From: Alloascoidea hylecoeti
Lineage: Eukaryota
DNA: 64,000 nt
Reading direction: 5' to 3'
NCBI GenBank assembly: GCA_001600815.1
Contig: BCKZ01000001.1
Span: 1,956,804-2,020,803 of the forward strand
The position numbers were made by a program, and so were the translations under genes. Numbering within the stretch: position 1 is the first letter of the stretch; every line of letters begins with the position of its first letter. Shown piece by piece: positions 29,215 to 41,861 of the stretch. A model generated the notes under the pieces. It was given only the letters and a program-made list of their open reading frames with translations, did no database searches and was not told the DNA's origin.

Positions 29215-31629
29215 CTCAAATTAAATCTGTGTAAGGTGTAGGAAGGAAGTAAGAAAAAAATGAATTGATACTTGACCTATGCAAGAACCAAATGAAGATT
29301 TAAAGGAGTTTTTGATTAATCAAGCCCGCGAAAGATAGTTATTAACAGCTTATGCCAAATTTTCAGATGTGAAAAAAAAATGAGTGAAAATTGTTAGACA
29401 TCTAGTCTCCACCTGCGTTACAGGAGCTGTGAGCTTCTGAGTAAGTGAGGATTAATAGTGTTTTTTTAACGAACCATAGGTTTATGTTAAGGACACTTCT
29501 TTCTACTTGCTATATCTTTCAATGGCAAATACCGTGGGGTGTTTATTTTTCCTATTTGGGTTTTCTAATTTGAAGGTCACAAACTCAGCTTTTGTTCATA
29601 TACCTTGAACTTGTGATAATAGGCAGGTTTAAATTTCTTCTGTAATTCGAATCAATCAATATTTTTGATCCAAAAAGAAGCAATGCATTTCTATTCGATA
29701 TGAAGTTTTTAAAAAATATTCAACCCAGAAAATATTTCTGGTAGCGTGCTTTGTAAATGAATGAGTTAGCCGATGAAAAAGTGAATTGAGATTTTCTCTT
29801 CTTTAATATTGGAACTGTGGTTCTCGGAGTCCAGATAATTGTACAGATATCATAAGTTTGCCTATAACCTTTCAATATCAGACAAGTCTACAAGAAAGAA
29901 CACAATGGTTAAGTTCGCTTAGAGGATGTAATAGCTTGATATATCATGATCATATGAAAGGCAACAATCGAAAAGAAAAATATCCTGTTAAGAGGACAAT
30001 TTTTTATTTATGTTTATTCTAGATCGTAATACATGTACTTCCAATAACTTCACAATTACACATAAATAATCTAATAATTACCGGTACATACCAATAGTTT
30101 TATATGGGATGAGGTTAACTAAGTTACTTTCTATGGAATGATTCCAGAAATAACCTCTAAGGAAGGTTAGTGTAGATAAATATTACTAAGGGTTAATTTG
30201 ATATCTATGAGGTCGATATATTCGTAAATAAATCCTGAAAGGTGTTAATTAAAATTATTTCTTGTAGAAATCACAGCTGAGGATATATTACAGTCATTCA
30301 ACTTAATTTCGGCAATATTTTGAAATAAATACAACACTAAGTTCCTACAAAGAGCAACAGATGTGGCCATCCCACATAAAAGAATATTAAGCTGGATAAG
30401 TGCGGCCGTTACCCACTTCCTCGTCCGCCGGTGCTTCTCTACTCTAGATCTACTTCTTGGATTTGGGATGGTACTCCTTTTATATTAATTGTTAACTATG
30501 TAACTATATAGAAAATTGATAGAAATAATACTAATTATTCATTGAGTATAATTAAACGTATAAAATAATATTTGGTAGATCGTTTAAATATATATATTCA
30601 AGGTCATTCTTGATCTGGAGCCAAAGCCGGAAGAGTTGTAAAGATTCCAATATTAGTTGATTACTTGTTAGTTTTGGGAGATCCTTCTATTTACATATTA
30701 GGATTTAGGGTCTCTAATAGTCTCAACATTGCTCTCAAGCAATCTCTCATAGCCTTAAACCTTAATGTATCACCAATTAATCATCACGGGAAATGTCAAT
30801 TATGTTTTGCACCAATCAACTGTTAATTGTCTGAGAAGTGTCTAATTATTTACTCAAACTTAACGCTAAATAGTATCATAACAGAGTGCTAATCAATTTC
30901 AGGCGTGTAGGCTAAATAATGTTTGAATCCACGGCCAACATAAGGCCAATCAATTGCCACACATAGCATCAATTTTCCCCATGTAACTTACTACCTTTAA
31001 GTAATTTTTTGCCTCACTAACAAATTACCAGGAATTTCCAAATTTAAAGCGAGGGCTAATTAATTAAAGCAAATATCTCTAATTAACACCCATTCTCGAA
31101 AATAGCGCTATGGAAGGTGGAAATTGAGTATACTCTAATTATTTATTAGTATAGTCAAAGAATACTGTAGCATAACATGCCATGGTTTCGTTTATAATTT
31201 AAAATTGTTAACAAACCGTTTATCCCATACCCTTTTTCCAAGTGCGCACTAAGCCGAATGAAGGATACTCCTGGTAAGTGACTCGTTCATTTGGCCATTA
31301 CAAACTTAAAATTTTTTTATAGATTGGATATTATTTGAACTGAGACCCTCGTCAGGATTAATAATTAATTTACGTTATTTAGGGGAGTAAATAGTAAATA
31401 TAATTACCCTTTTATTAAAACATCATTTTTCACCATTTTCAACGACTAATGAAATTTTGATTACTAAATACATCTATCTTGTCTTTGATATTTATCTCTT
31501 CTGTATATATATAATATTCATATAAATTATATTATTTTATCTATTGAACTGTATATAAAATGGTAGAATCTCTCTATTCTTCTCAACATCGAAAACTTGA
31601 TATATAAAATATAATTATAACCATTAATA

Positions 31630-33001
31630 ATGTCAACCAATCAAACCAGTCAAACCCAATTTCCTGTTTTAATCAATGAAGGAGCTAAAGGTGTAAGTTT
31701 CATATATATAACAAGTAACTGATACTATAGTGTAATAACTATAGCTAGAAGAAGCAGATGCTCTAACAGCGTAATTTTCAATATATTCCTTATTTTACTC
31801 CAAATCAAGGTAATTAACACCAGTACAATATTTTTCATGATTATGTTATTAACTTTTATAGTTGGTTCTCCTGGTCTGCTCTCGTTCCCCAACCAGATGG
31901 TGCTGAGATCCCTAAGCTCTTCAAGTCATTGAAGATCCGAGGCCTAACTCTCCATAATAGAATAACGGTACGTGAGGATTGATTCTAATTTAATTCTGTT
32001 ATTAATATATTTAACAATTTGATCTAATAAATGTTATTATTAATAGGTTTCCCCGATGTGCTAGTATTCGGGCAAACATGGTATTGCAACTGCTTGGCAT
32101 CTACAACATTATAATTATGATTCTTTTGCCGCACATGGCGCCGCGCTTATACTCACCGAGGCTATGGCTGTTTCTCCAGAAGGAAGAATCATGCCTGAAG
32201 ATCTTGGTATTTGGAATGATGAGCAGGCAGAAGAATTGAAGAAAATTGTTGAGTTTGTTCATTCCCAGGGTCAATATATTGATATTCAGTTGGCACACTC
32301 CGGAAGAAAAGGAAGTATTGTTGCTCCTCTTATCAGCTTTAAAGATACTGCAGTTAAGGAGGCTGATGGGGCCTAATGGTGTTGTGGCTCCATCTGCAAT
32401 TAAATACGATGACGGATTTCCAAATCCAAGGAATTGTCATTGAAAGATATCGAAAGACGTAAGAATGATTTTTCTTCGGCGGCTAAAAGAGCAATTGATG
32501 TTGGGTTTGACGTCATTGAGATTCATGGATATCTTATGAGCCAATTTTTATCTCCAGTATTTAACAAAAGAGCAGATAAATACGGTGGATCACTTGAAAA
32601 TAGAACCAGATGGGTATTTGAACTGATTGAGTGTCAGAGACGTTATGCCTGAAAGCACCCCGCTGTTTTTGCGTATATCAGCCACCGAAGGTTTGGAACA
32701 TGAGTCTTGGGAGTTGAAGGGCACCAAAAAGCTAGCGTTAAAATTGGCAGAACAAGGCAAAGTTATTGATATTTCAGCTTTTGGAAACAACCCCGATCAG
32801 CAACTACCTACCAATATTAAAGAACAGGCTTATCCCGCACCCTATGCTCATGCGGTTAAGGAGGTTGTTGGGGACAAGATTCTTGTTTCGGCTGTTGGGA
32901 ATATTAGTGAACCAAAGGTTGCAGAATCACTAATTCAGAAAGATATAGACTTAGTATTGGTAGGGCGATTTTTCGTAAGAAGCCCAGGGCTGGTGGAGTA
33001 G
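31630..33001 (+). pseudogene. Old Yellow Enzyme / NADPH dehydrogenase (YqjM-like) pseudogene with introns retained
   Basis: Recognisable segments: LINEGAKG, IPYFTPNQ, IPKLFKSLKIRGLTLHNRI, VSPMC*YS (TAG at 32062-32064 in place of Gln), [33 protein letters not shown] (HxxHGYL catalytic motif deleted), [26 protein letters not shown]. Frameshifts near 31875, 32370, 32430 and 32630. The first intron lacks an AG acceptor. Confidence 0.9.
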
Positions 33002-33131
33002 ACTGTACCAAGCACTTACTTATAAACAATTATTATATAGCAAAAGATGGATGACTAATATACACGTGACCAGGACCTCCGTGCACCCAGGGATGACGTT
33101 TTCCTTTTACTCCACCAAAGCCACAAGTAAA

Positions 33132-34970
33132 ATGGAACTGGAAATGGGAATCAGCATGGAAATGATGAGTAAGTACCTGGCTGCTGGCTGTTCCTGCGAG
33201 CACGAATGAGTAATATATGGTACTAACAGCACCCACTGAATAGATATGCATCCTTCCCAGAAACGGGTATGCCCTACGCTCATTCTCTATAAGACCTTAT
33301 ATTCTGTGCGTTAATCATCAACTGAAGTTACTAACACCAAACAGAAAAGCGCGTTTGACTTGGAACCAAATCCGTTCGAACAGTCCTTCGCCAGCAAAAC
33401 AGACTCTCCCGCGGCCCCAGCCTCATCTACAGTCTCCACCCAACGACCAAACATAACCCCGCTGCCTGCAATCACCCCTGGAGGAAGAAGAGTCAATGTC
33501 CTTCCTCCCCTCGTCTCCCCGGGCCTGTCCGGCCTCACGGGCCTGGGTCCCCTGGGGGGCTTGACAGGACTGGGATCTGCTCCCCCAACTCCGGGTTGGT
33601 CTTTAAGACCGACTCAGCAGGGAAATTCCCAATCTGGGTCTTCTCAACAACAAAATGGGGCTCTGTCACCTTCGATCCTCTCCGGAGGTTCTTTTGGGTT
33701 CTTACCCTCGGGTTCGGGAACGGGTACAACCCCATTATTATTAACAAATGGCTCTAGTATGAATCTTAACTATTTCAATATTCGGGGAGGTCGAACTGGC
33801 TTAACTCCAAACGAGAGTGGTATTAGAACGGGGTTAACTCCCTTGCCTTTGGTCACCGGCTCCCAAGGTTATTTCCAACCACAACATCAATCACAATCAC
33901 AATCACAATCGCAATCACAATCACAAAATTCAGTACCTGGTCATCCTCCTCCTCAATCTCAACTTCCAGGCATTCAGAATGGTAATAATAACTCAACAAA
34001 TAGTGTTTCCGGCCCCGTTTTCACTCCTGGATTATCGTCTTTGTTAGACCTTAATAATTCTATGCAAATTAATCAGCAAGCTCAACAACTTCGACATCAA
34101 TCTCAATCTCATTCTCAATCTCAAGTAGATGGACAACAATCTAATCAAGCGTCTTCAAATAATCTTAATATAAACCAATCTCAAAATACTTTATCATCAA
34201 GTAGTTCTATAAATTCTACAGAAACAACTGATTCATTAAATATAAAACAAGAAACAACAAATAGTAATGGAATTCCAACTTCTGTTTCTCCATTATTAGT
34301 ACCCATGCAATCAAAAAGAGGCAGGCCACGAGGACGACTAAATAAAAAGCAAAAACTATCAACCCCTCCATCAACTACAATAACATCATTGAATACTCCA
34401 AAACCGTCAATTAATAATAATTTAGATACAAATGAATCTGATTTAGATTCAATGTCACCATCGCCGTCATTAGAACCGTCAGAATCAAACAACAATAATT
34501 CTCATCACATACGTATCTCAAATGGTGGTAGGAAAAATAAAAATTTAACTGCTGAAGAGAAAAGAAAATTATTTTTAGAAAGAAATCGCGTTGCTGCTTC
34601 GAAATGTCGTCAACGTAAAAAACAATTAGTCGCAAAAATGCAACATGAATTGGCTTTTTATTCAAGTCAATACCATGTTTTACAAAATAGATTGAATAGA
34701 ATGAAAGAATATGTCGATAAATTAGAAACAACATTAACAATAAAAGAAACAACAATTGAAGAAGACGAAGAAGTAAAGTTAGTAACTAATGATAAATCTT
34801 CAGAAAATAATGGTAATTCTGTAAATGAAAATACACTAAGCATTATTTCAAGTATGAAGGAAGTTTTAAATGAGGATGATTCAGGAAGATCTGGAAATCG
34901 TATACCAGGTACTAATACGGTTGTTATAAGAGCAGATACCCCAAATACTTCAAATTCATTAGATGAATAA
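33132..34970 (+). CDS. SKO1: Sko1/Atf1-type ATF/CREB bZIP transcription factor, ~561 aa (start uncertain)
   Basis: join(33132..33168,33244..33266,33345..34970). Two introns with TACTAAC branch points. Motifs DLEPNPFEQSF, TPGGRR..LPPL, RTGLTPNESGIRTGLTP and bZIP EEKRKLFLERNRVAASKCRQRKKQ. Other in-frame ATGs at 33051, 33093 and 33246. Confidence 0.85.
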
Positions 34971-35845
34971 TTTTTTTTCTTTGGTTTTAATTGTTAGGTT
35001 AGATTTAATTATGTTATATTATGAGGATTTGAGGGTGGGAGAAACAATTCAAAGAATCCTCATTGTTGAAAATTAAAATTTAGAAAATCTCCTTCTTTGT
35101 TGTATAATATTTGAATCATTTAAAATTTCAAATATCACTTTTTTCATGTTGTTGAAAGGATAATTTTGAATTGAATTTTTTGGGAATATTGCTGTTATCC
35201 TACTTGTTATTTCTATTTTGTTTACTACTTCGGTTTCTGTTAGTAGTATGTTATATTATACTACACCTTTGTTATTGTTATTAAATCGATTCATATATCG
35301 TTATATAAAGAGCAAAGAAGGCTTTTCATTTACAAAGTATGCATATGGGTTGAAATTAAAATCGTATTATGCTAATTGATATCGATCATGATATACTTAT
35401 ATGTAATTGGATCATTTATAATTAATGTTAAGTTATATCATCTATATTTAGAGGCTGCTTTTCCCTCATATACTAATATCATGAAGCTATTTTATTATGA
35501 CATTTTAATTTAAAATTGTGATTTTTTTGCCAATTACAATTTAAGTTTGATTTTGGGGTTTCAAAAAAAAACCTGTCTAGTACACTCTCGGCTAGGGGCG
35601 ACCCCTTCTATGGATTATGCAAACTCGCGTTTGACTTTGGTTTTTTGGTTACCAAAAATACGGAATCAAATGGTTGATCTGCTAAACAATTCGCAAGTAA
35701 ATTCAAAATTTTCTTCTTATTCCGATTTATCTCACGTTTGAATAGAAACTCTCTATAATAGCGTGTCGAGGTTTTGATGTTAGAGTGTTTTACATTTAAA
35801 GCCTCACATTATCATTTAGCAGTATAATCTTATTTATTCCTTAAT

Positions 35846-37912
35846 CTAAATACTAGTACTTATTGATAAGATACTAACATCTTCAAGAGGTTTATCATCT
35901 TTATCAGTTTCTAAACTTTCAATTTTTTTAACCACTTCAAATCCATTGATAACTTTTCCAAATATAGAATGTTTTTTATCTAGCCATGTTGTTGCTTCTG
36001 TAGTGATGAAAAATTGACTTCCATTTGTATTTAGACCACTATTTGCCATTGAAACGGTGAATTTCTCATGTTTTAAAAGAGGATCAAATTCATCTTCAAA
36101 ATAACCACCCCAACATGATTCACCACCTGTACCGTTACCCAATGGATCACCCGTTTGAATCATGAATTTTGGTATAACGCGATGAAATATAACATTGTTA
36201 TAGTAATTGTTTGAAGATAGAGTTATAAAATTTAAAACTGTTCTTGGTGTACGCTTTGGAAATAGTTGTATCACAATATCTCCTAGTGTTGTATGAAGTG
36301 TTGCTTTTGATGGAAGTCCATCTTTAAAACTTTCATTTTTATTTTCTGCTTGATTAAATGTATTCTTTGAATTTTTTTTATCTTTAGAGGTAATTATTGA
36401 GTTTGGATCTTCATTTAAAATATCTCTTAAATTTTTTAATTTAACATTATTTTTATTTTTATTATTCTCAATTTTATCATTTTGTAAATCTAAATCATCA
36501 TAAAACAAATAAAATCTTGGATCATCAAAATTCAATGATTTTGTAATGATCATTGATCTTTGTTGTACCATTCTTTTCTTTTTCAAAAGTTCATTACCTC
36601 CAGTAATAACTTCAAGTTCCGTGTTGACATCATCAACGTTATCATTAATAGTTGAAAATGGTGAATCTGAAGAGCTAAAACTATTATTTTGAAATAAACA
36701 AACATCACCGAATATTAAATCCTCGTGATTACCAATATATACTTCATTTGACTTTGATAATAGAGAATTTAATTTAATTCCTAATGGTGTTGAATAGATT
36801 AGGATTGTACTAGATGCATCCCAACTCGCATTTCTTAAGCAATTATGTTCTTCACCTTCACGTTGATCCCTTTCTGATTTCCAAAATCCAATTTTCTTAT
36901 TGATAGAACTAATGGGACCAAATTTAGTCTCTAATTCAGCTAAGTCGTCTTCACCTAGATTTTTTATTTTTTCTTCTAAAGAAGGTATACCTTCATCTAA
37001 ACTCAAAACTATTTTACCCGTTAAGAATCTAAAAATATGTATTTTATCGGTATTATCCCATACTGCGAAATATTTACCATTTGGAGATGATGTTAAAAAT
37101 ACAGGTGATGTTTTTGTTTTTTTAAATTCATATAAACTTGTTGCAGATTTAAATTGAAAAAATTGATATTTTTTGGTTGACAAAGGAAAAGAAAAGGATT
37201 CGGATGAATTTGAAACTGAAATTGAGTTGGAGGTAGTATTAGGAATCCAATATTCTATGTTACCACTTTTATCCGCCGAAATAAAAGTATTATAGGTATG
37301 ATTGAAGCAAATTGACGATACAGAATCAGAATGCAATTCCAAAGTTGCTATCAATGGTTTCGGGTCCTTTTGTGATGATTCTAAATCTAACGGATCGTAA
37401 ACAGATACTTCTGATGTTGTTGAAGAACAGGTAATTAATCTTAAGTCACCATCATATTTGCCTAAACAGATATTACCAATTTTATCATCTACCAGTATCG
37501 ATGATATTAAGTCCAGACTTATCATATCAAATAATCTTATCGTTGTTTTTCCCTCGTTATTTGGTAATCCCAATAAAGCACAATAATTACCATCCCAGTT
37601 GAACACAATATCTTTGACGCCATTATGATCTATTTTGTATTGTTTTATGAAAACTATACCATTACCATTATTGGAACCCTCTTCAATTGTCTTTGGGGAG
37701 GTTGTTGATAAATCTCTTGCCCAAAATTTCAATATACCATCCGATGAACCAGTAGCTAAGATTCCTTTGACAGAAAATCTCACAACAGTTATTGATGATT
37801 TATGTAAAAAGGAGCGTGTATAATAAGGAAAAGAAGGAAGCAATAGTAATCTATCAGATTGTTTATGATGAGTTTTCTTTCGTTTTTTTATGGTATGTTC
37901 ATGTTCTGGCAT
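35846..37912 (-). CDS. WD40-repeat cyclophilin peptidyl-prolyl isomerase (PPWD1/Cyp15-like)
   Basis: N-terminal WD40 repeats (ILATGSSDGILKFW, FISADKSGNIEYW). C-terminal cyclophilin domain (FHRVIPKFMIQTGDPLGNGTGG, SMANSGLNTNGSQFFIT, WLDKKHSIFG). The ORF extends to an upstream ATG at 37987, so the start is uncertain. Confidence 0.93.
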   Translation of the reverse strand: MPEHEHTIKKRKKTHHKQSDRLLLLPSFPYYTRSFLHKSSITVVRFSVKGILATGSSDGILKFWARDLSTTSPKTIEEGSNNGNGIVFIKQYKIDHNGVKDIVFNWDGNYCALLGLPNNEGKTTIRLFDMISLDLISSILVDDKIGNICLGKYDGDLRLITCSSTTSEVSVYDPLDLESSQKDPKPLIATLELHSDSVSSICFNHTYNTFISADKSGNIEYWIPNTTSNSISVSNSSESFSFPLSTKKYQFFQFKSATSLYEFKKTKTSPVFLTSSPNGKYFAVWDNTDKIHIFRFLTGKIVLSLDEGIPSLEEKIKNLGEDDLAELETKFGPISSINKKIGFWKSERDQREGEEHNCLRNASWDASSTILIYSTPLGIKLNSLLSKSNEVYIGNHEDLIFGDVCLFQNNSFSSSDSPFSTINDNVDDVNTELEVITGGNELLKKKRMVQQRSMIITKSLNFDDPRFYLFYDDLDLQNDKIENNKNKNNVKLKNLRDILNEDPNSIITSKDKKNSKNTFNQAENKNESFKDGLPSKATLHTTLGDIVIQLFPKRTPRTVLNFITLSSNNYYNNVIFHRVIPKFMIQTGDPLGNGTGGESCWGGYFEDEFDPLLKHEKFTVSMANSGLNTNGSQFFITTEATTWLDKKHSIFGKVINGFEVVKKIESLETDKDDKPLEDVSILSISTSI

Positions 37913-38100
37913 TTTAAAGATACAGCAGGATTGATATTGAAACTTTTTAAATGTGTGTTGTTGTAATATGCATAGTTTTCTGGACATTTTCTAAGGGGAC
38001 TGCCAGTTCACGCCAAATATTTGTATACTACATCATCCTTACATTATTAACAAAATGGTACCGGTCCAGAGCAATGAACTCGGTCACCGCAGAAGCACAT

Positions 38101-38111
38101 AAAATTTTTCA
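38101..38111 (-). promoter_or_regulatory. RRPE-like motif upstream of the WD40-cyclophilin gene
   Basis: TGAAAAATTTT on the minus strand, 115-190 bp upstream of the candidate starts. Confidence 0.3.
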
Positions 38112-39132
38112 CCTGCTGCCATTTTTTCAACCCTAATGAAGGAGGTTAACCATCCACCAGCAACACTAAATATAATTTTAAAGGTGAAAATCGATAGATA
38201 AATGGCCAAATAAAATTACTATGTTCTTATTTTTTCCTTTTCTTGTTTGTGTTGTGAAGTTCATTAGCTTTCAAATATAGGCCTTTTTCACTGATCTGTC
38301 CCTTTTTTTTTACAGTATGTATATGCATTCAGAGCACCTCATACAGTAGTTATGCATATGAGCTTACCTAATAAGGAATCGGTATATGTGCATGTCCTAA
38401 TATGGAAATTTCCAAATCGTTGATCCATCCCCCAACCACGGTAGTTAGCAGCCGACTAATTAATTCTCTAAAAATTTAAATTTCGGATATGGTACGAATT
38501 CTAATTGACTTTCAATAAATTTGCTAATTAATTGCTGGTAATATCGCTAATGTTTTTCTCGATAATATGCGAATAGGTTAAGATATTAGAATTAATATTA
38601 TATAACGTAAATATCGCATTGCAAAAACGAAAAGATCTCACAATATGCATTTATATAATTCATATGATCTAGATCAAGATGACAATTAGAGGTGTCAATG
38701 ACCAAACTCTAATTAGGATATGTTGGAATCAAAATCTTAAATCAAAATAGAATTATTTAAGTGATGTGCGATTAGTCATTATTATCACGGGTAATATCAC
38801 CCCCACGCACGAGTTTGAGTTTGAAATCACACGTTTAGAAAGAAGAAAAAAAATGAGAACAAGAATTATATTCTTGAAGGAAAATGATCAGCTTAAATAT
38901 GACTCAGTTAGTAGAGATCTTTGATTGCTGAAAATAACATTAATCTTTGTGAAAGGCATCAAGAGGATTTTAAAGAAGTTTTAAATTATAATTATGCATT
39001 TTCCGCCCGCTAGCTTGATGGTTTCGATAATCAGCTGCATCGATTTTTTATCTTTTCCATCAGCAAAACCTACATATAATTATATAAGATCCTCGTTTCT
39101 ACATTAACCTCTTCACATTTTTTTTACTTCAG

Positions 39133-41358
39133 ATGTCACAAAATGGTCGTAGTAGGCATCTGAGGCCAATAATATGGCAACTTTTACTATACACGGTGCT
39201 GGTGGCTGCTCAGAACTCGCCTTTTCATTGGTCTGTGTCTGATGGCGAGTTTTTCACCTGTTCCAACATGTTATCCGAGTATTCCTTTCCCTGTTCTAGT
39301 GATCTATCATATTGGGAATGCATTTGTCAGAATAAAGAGAGGCTTGGTTCATTACTAATATGTGGGAAGGAGATTATGAGCACAAAGAGTTACAAACATG
39401 CCCAGGCTCTGACGATCTTTTACTGTGAGGAATATGGTGACACTCTACTCAACGAGAAAAGCATTGATTCCGTTTATCAAAACGCAACAAAGTATATCCT
39501 CGACTTAAATGATCCCTTGATTAATTATGACCCTTCAAAACCTTTATATAATCCAATATCCATGCCGAGAGATGAAGTGCTGGAACAACAACGGAAAATG
39601 TATCCGCTTTATCACAATTTCGAGGAATCCCGATTTTACGGAGGAGTTATATTGATATATTTTCTTTTTGCAATGACTATTGGAGGTTTGGTAAACTCTT
39701 TAAAGAAATACTATCCTAAATACATAAAATATATTCATGGGCCATACTCCAATTATTTTAGAAGTAAAGTAACAATTCCTCCCGCTTGGAACCATCATTC
39801 AACCCCATTTTATTTTAATAAATATATTTCAGGACTTGTACCAACTAACTCCCAAATTTATATATTGGCAGGATACCTTACTCTATTATTAGTTCTTGTA
39901 TTTTCAGGTTATAACGTCTTTACCGTTGAATCTGGAAATTTATATGTTCATTATTCTTTACAAACAATCAGAATGTTAGCAGATAGAACAGGTATAATAG
40001 CTTTCATTCATTTACCGCCAATATTTTTATTTGCCGGTAGAAATAATTTATTTTTACAGATAACTGGTTGGCCATATGAAACTTTTATCGTGTATCATAA
40101 ATGGTTAGCTAGAGGTATGGTTGCATTGGCTTTGATTCACGCGATTTGTTGGACAATATATGAAATCGTTACACAAAGATATTCGGAGGCTTGGAGTAGA
40201 CAGTATTGGCAATTTGGTGTTCTTGCCATTTTTGCGGGTTGTGTTTTATTATTTCAAGCGATCCATTATTTTAGATCAAATCATTATGAAGGATTTTTAT
40301 TGTTACATATATTTTTTTGCATTCTTTTTACTATTGGAGCATACATGCATTGTATTGAAATTGGATTTATGGAATGGGTATACTTCTCGATTTTCTTTTG
40401 GGTACTTGATAGAACTCTAAGATGGGTGAGAATACTATTATATGGCTCATTGAATAAAGCTGAATATCAATATTATACGGACAACACCATCAAAATCACA
40501 ATTAAGAAACCAAAAAGTTGGAATCCTTATCCTGGGGCATTTGTTTATATATATGTCTTATCTCATTCAGTGAACTTTTGGGAATCACATCCTTTTTGTT
40601 TAGTTTATAACCAAGAAAAATCAGAAGATAATATTGAATTATATATTAAGGTGAAGGAAGGACTAAGTAAGAAACTTGCAGATTATTTACAAACTCAACC
40701 AAAGTTCCATAGCAGGATACATACTCTGGTTGAAGGATTTTATGGTGAAGAATCGCCAATTGAAAATTATGATACAGCAATGATGATTGTAGGTGGAAGT
40801 GGCATGCCTAATGGGTTTTATAGCGCAATTCATTTAGCTAATCAAGGTCAGACTCACCAGAGAATTGTATTTATATGGGCTATTAGAGATCTTGATTGTT
40901 TAAAATGGTTTCATAAAGATCTGGCTCAACTAAAGCACTCGAAAGTAGATATTACTATTTATGTGACAAGAGGAAAGATTCAGGTTGAAGGTTCACAAGC
41001 GCCAAATGAAAACAATATTCTGCTTGATATGGCTCAGACTAGCACTTCGGCTGTCAAACTTTCCTTTGAGGAGGATCAGACATCAGAATCACAACCTTTA
41101 TTAAACAATAAGGCAATTACCAACTATGTCGATAATGTAATATCGATAACAGAGTTGTTATCATTTATAAAATTTAAGCAAGGCCGGCCAGATATAGATA
41201 GCCTCATGAAGGAAGAATTTTCCAGGTCCAGTGGGTCGGTAGGCATAATAAGTTGCGGTCCATCAAAAATGAATGATGATGTCCGACGTTCTGTTGCTGA
41301 TAACCTTAAGATTTGTGATGGACGAGTTGATTTATTTGAAGAAGCACAAGTTTGGTAA
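39133..41358 (+). CDS. Ferric/cupric reductase, FRE family (flavocytochrome b)
   Basis: Signal peptide and Cys-rich N-terminus, ADRTG, FAGRNN, YHKWLAR, heme His pairs, FAD motif WESHPF, VEGFYG, NADPH motifs VGGSG and CGP, C-terminal EEAQVW. Confidence 0.95.
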   Translation: MSQNGRSRHLRPIIWQLLLYTVLVAAQNSPFHWSVSDGEFFTCSNMLSEYSFPCSSDLSYWECICQNKERLGSLLICGKEIMSTKSYKHAQALTIFYCEEYGDTLLNEKSIDSVYQNATKYILDLNDPLINYDPSKPLYNPISMPRDEVLEQQRKMYPLYHNFEESRFYGGVILIYFLFAMTIGGLVNSLKKYYPKYIKYIHGPYSNYFRSKVTIPPAWNHHSTPFYFNKYISGLVPTNSQIYILAGYLTLLLVLVFSGYNVFTVESGNLYVHYSLQTIRMLADRTGIIAFIHLPPIFLFAGRNNLFLQITGWPYETFIVYHKWLARGMVALALIHAICWTIYEIVTQRYSEAWSRQYWQFGVLAIFAGCVLLFQAIHYFRSNHYEGFLLLHIFFCILFTIGAYMHCIEIGFMEWVYFSIFFWVLDRTLRWVRILLYGSLNKAEYQYYTDNTIKITIKKPKSWNPYPGAFVYIYVLSHSVNFWESHPFCLVYNQEKSEDNIELYIKVKEGLSKKLADYLQTQPKFHSRIHTLVEGFYGEESPIENYDTAMMIVGGSGMPNGFYSAIHLANQGQTHQRIVFIWAIRDLDCLKWFHKDLAQLKHSKVDITIYVTRGKIQVEGSQAPNENNILLDMAQTSTSAVKLSFEEDQTSESQPLLNNKAITNYVDNVISITELLSFIKFKQGRPDIDSLMKEEFSRSSGSVGIISCGPSKMNDDVRRSVADNLKICDGRVDLFEEAQVW

Positions 41359-41686
41359 TGATATATATATATTTATATAACGATTATGAAGTTAACATTT
41401 GTTTGAAATTGTTTTATATTAATAGAAGGATTTATTTTATAGATACTAATATAGAGCGTTAGTAAGTAATGTCATCATTATGTAAAAAGATACAGTATAG
41501 TAATATAGTTAGAACACTCAATCATGAGCATATTAATACGAAGTCAAGTTCAGCATTTAAATATCGATGATATAGTAAGAATATAAATCATATAAATTAT
41601 ATATATATAATATTTAGTTTGGATGCATAATCCGGGAGTTAATATTAAAACTTTACGGTTTACTCCGAAAGCGGATTGAAGTTCTC

Positions 41687-41805
41687 TGATTGGTCAATAT
41701 GTCTTATTCGAGGGATTCACAGAAAAGTTTCTTAAAATTAAAACCTCAGTAACTTTTGCAGTATAACTTTGCAGTAAAAATTCACCTTCTCTTTGCTGTA
41801 TAAAA
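41687..41805 (+). promoter_or_regulatory. ATP20 promoter: HAP2/3/4/5-type CCAAT box and TATA box
   Basis: TGATTGGT at 41687-41694 and TATAAAA at 41799-41805 upstream of a respiratory gene. Confidence 0.5.
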
Positions 41806-41861
41806 GCCTCCATAAACGCTTTTTAAAATTAAATATATACACAGATATACAATAAATAAAA

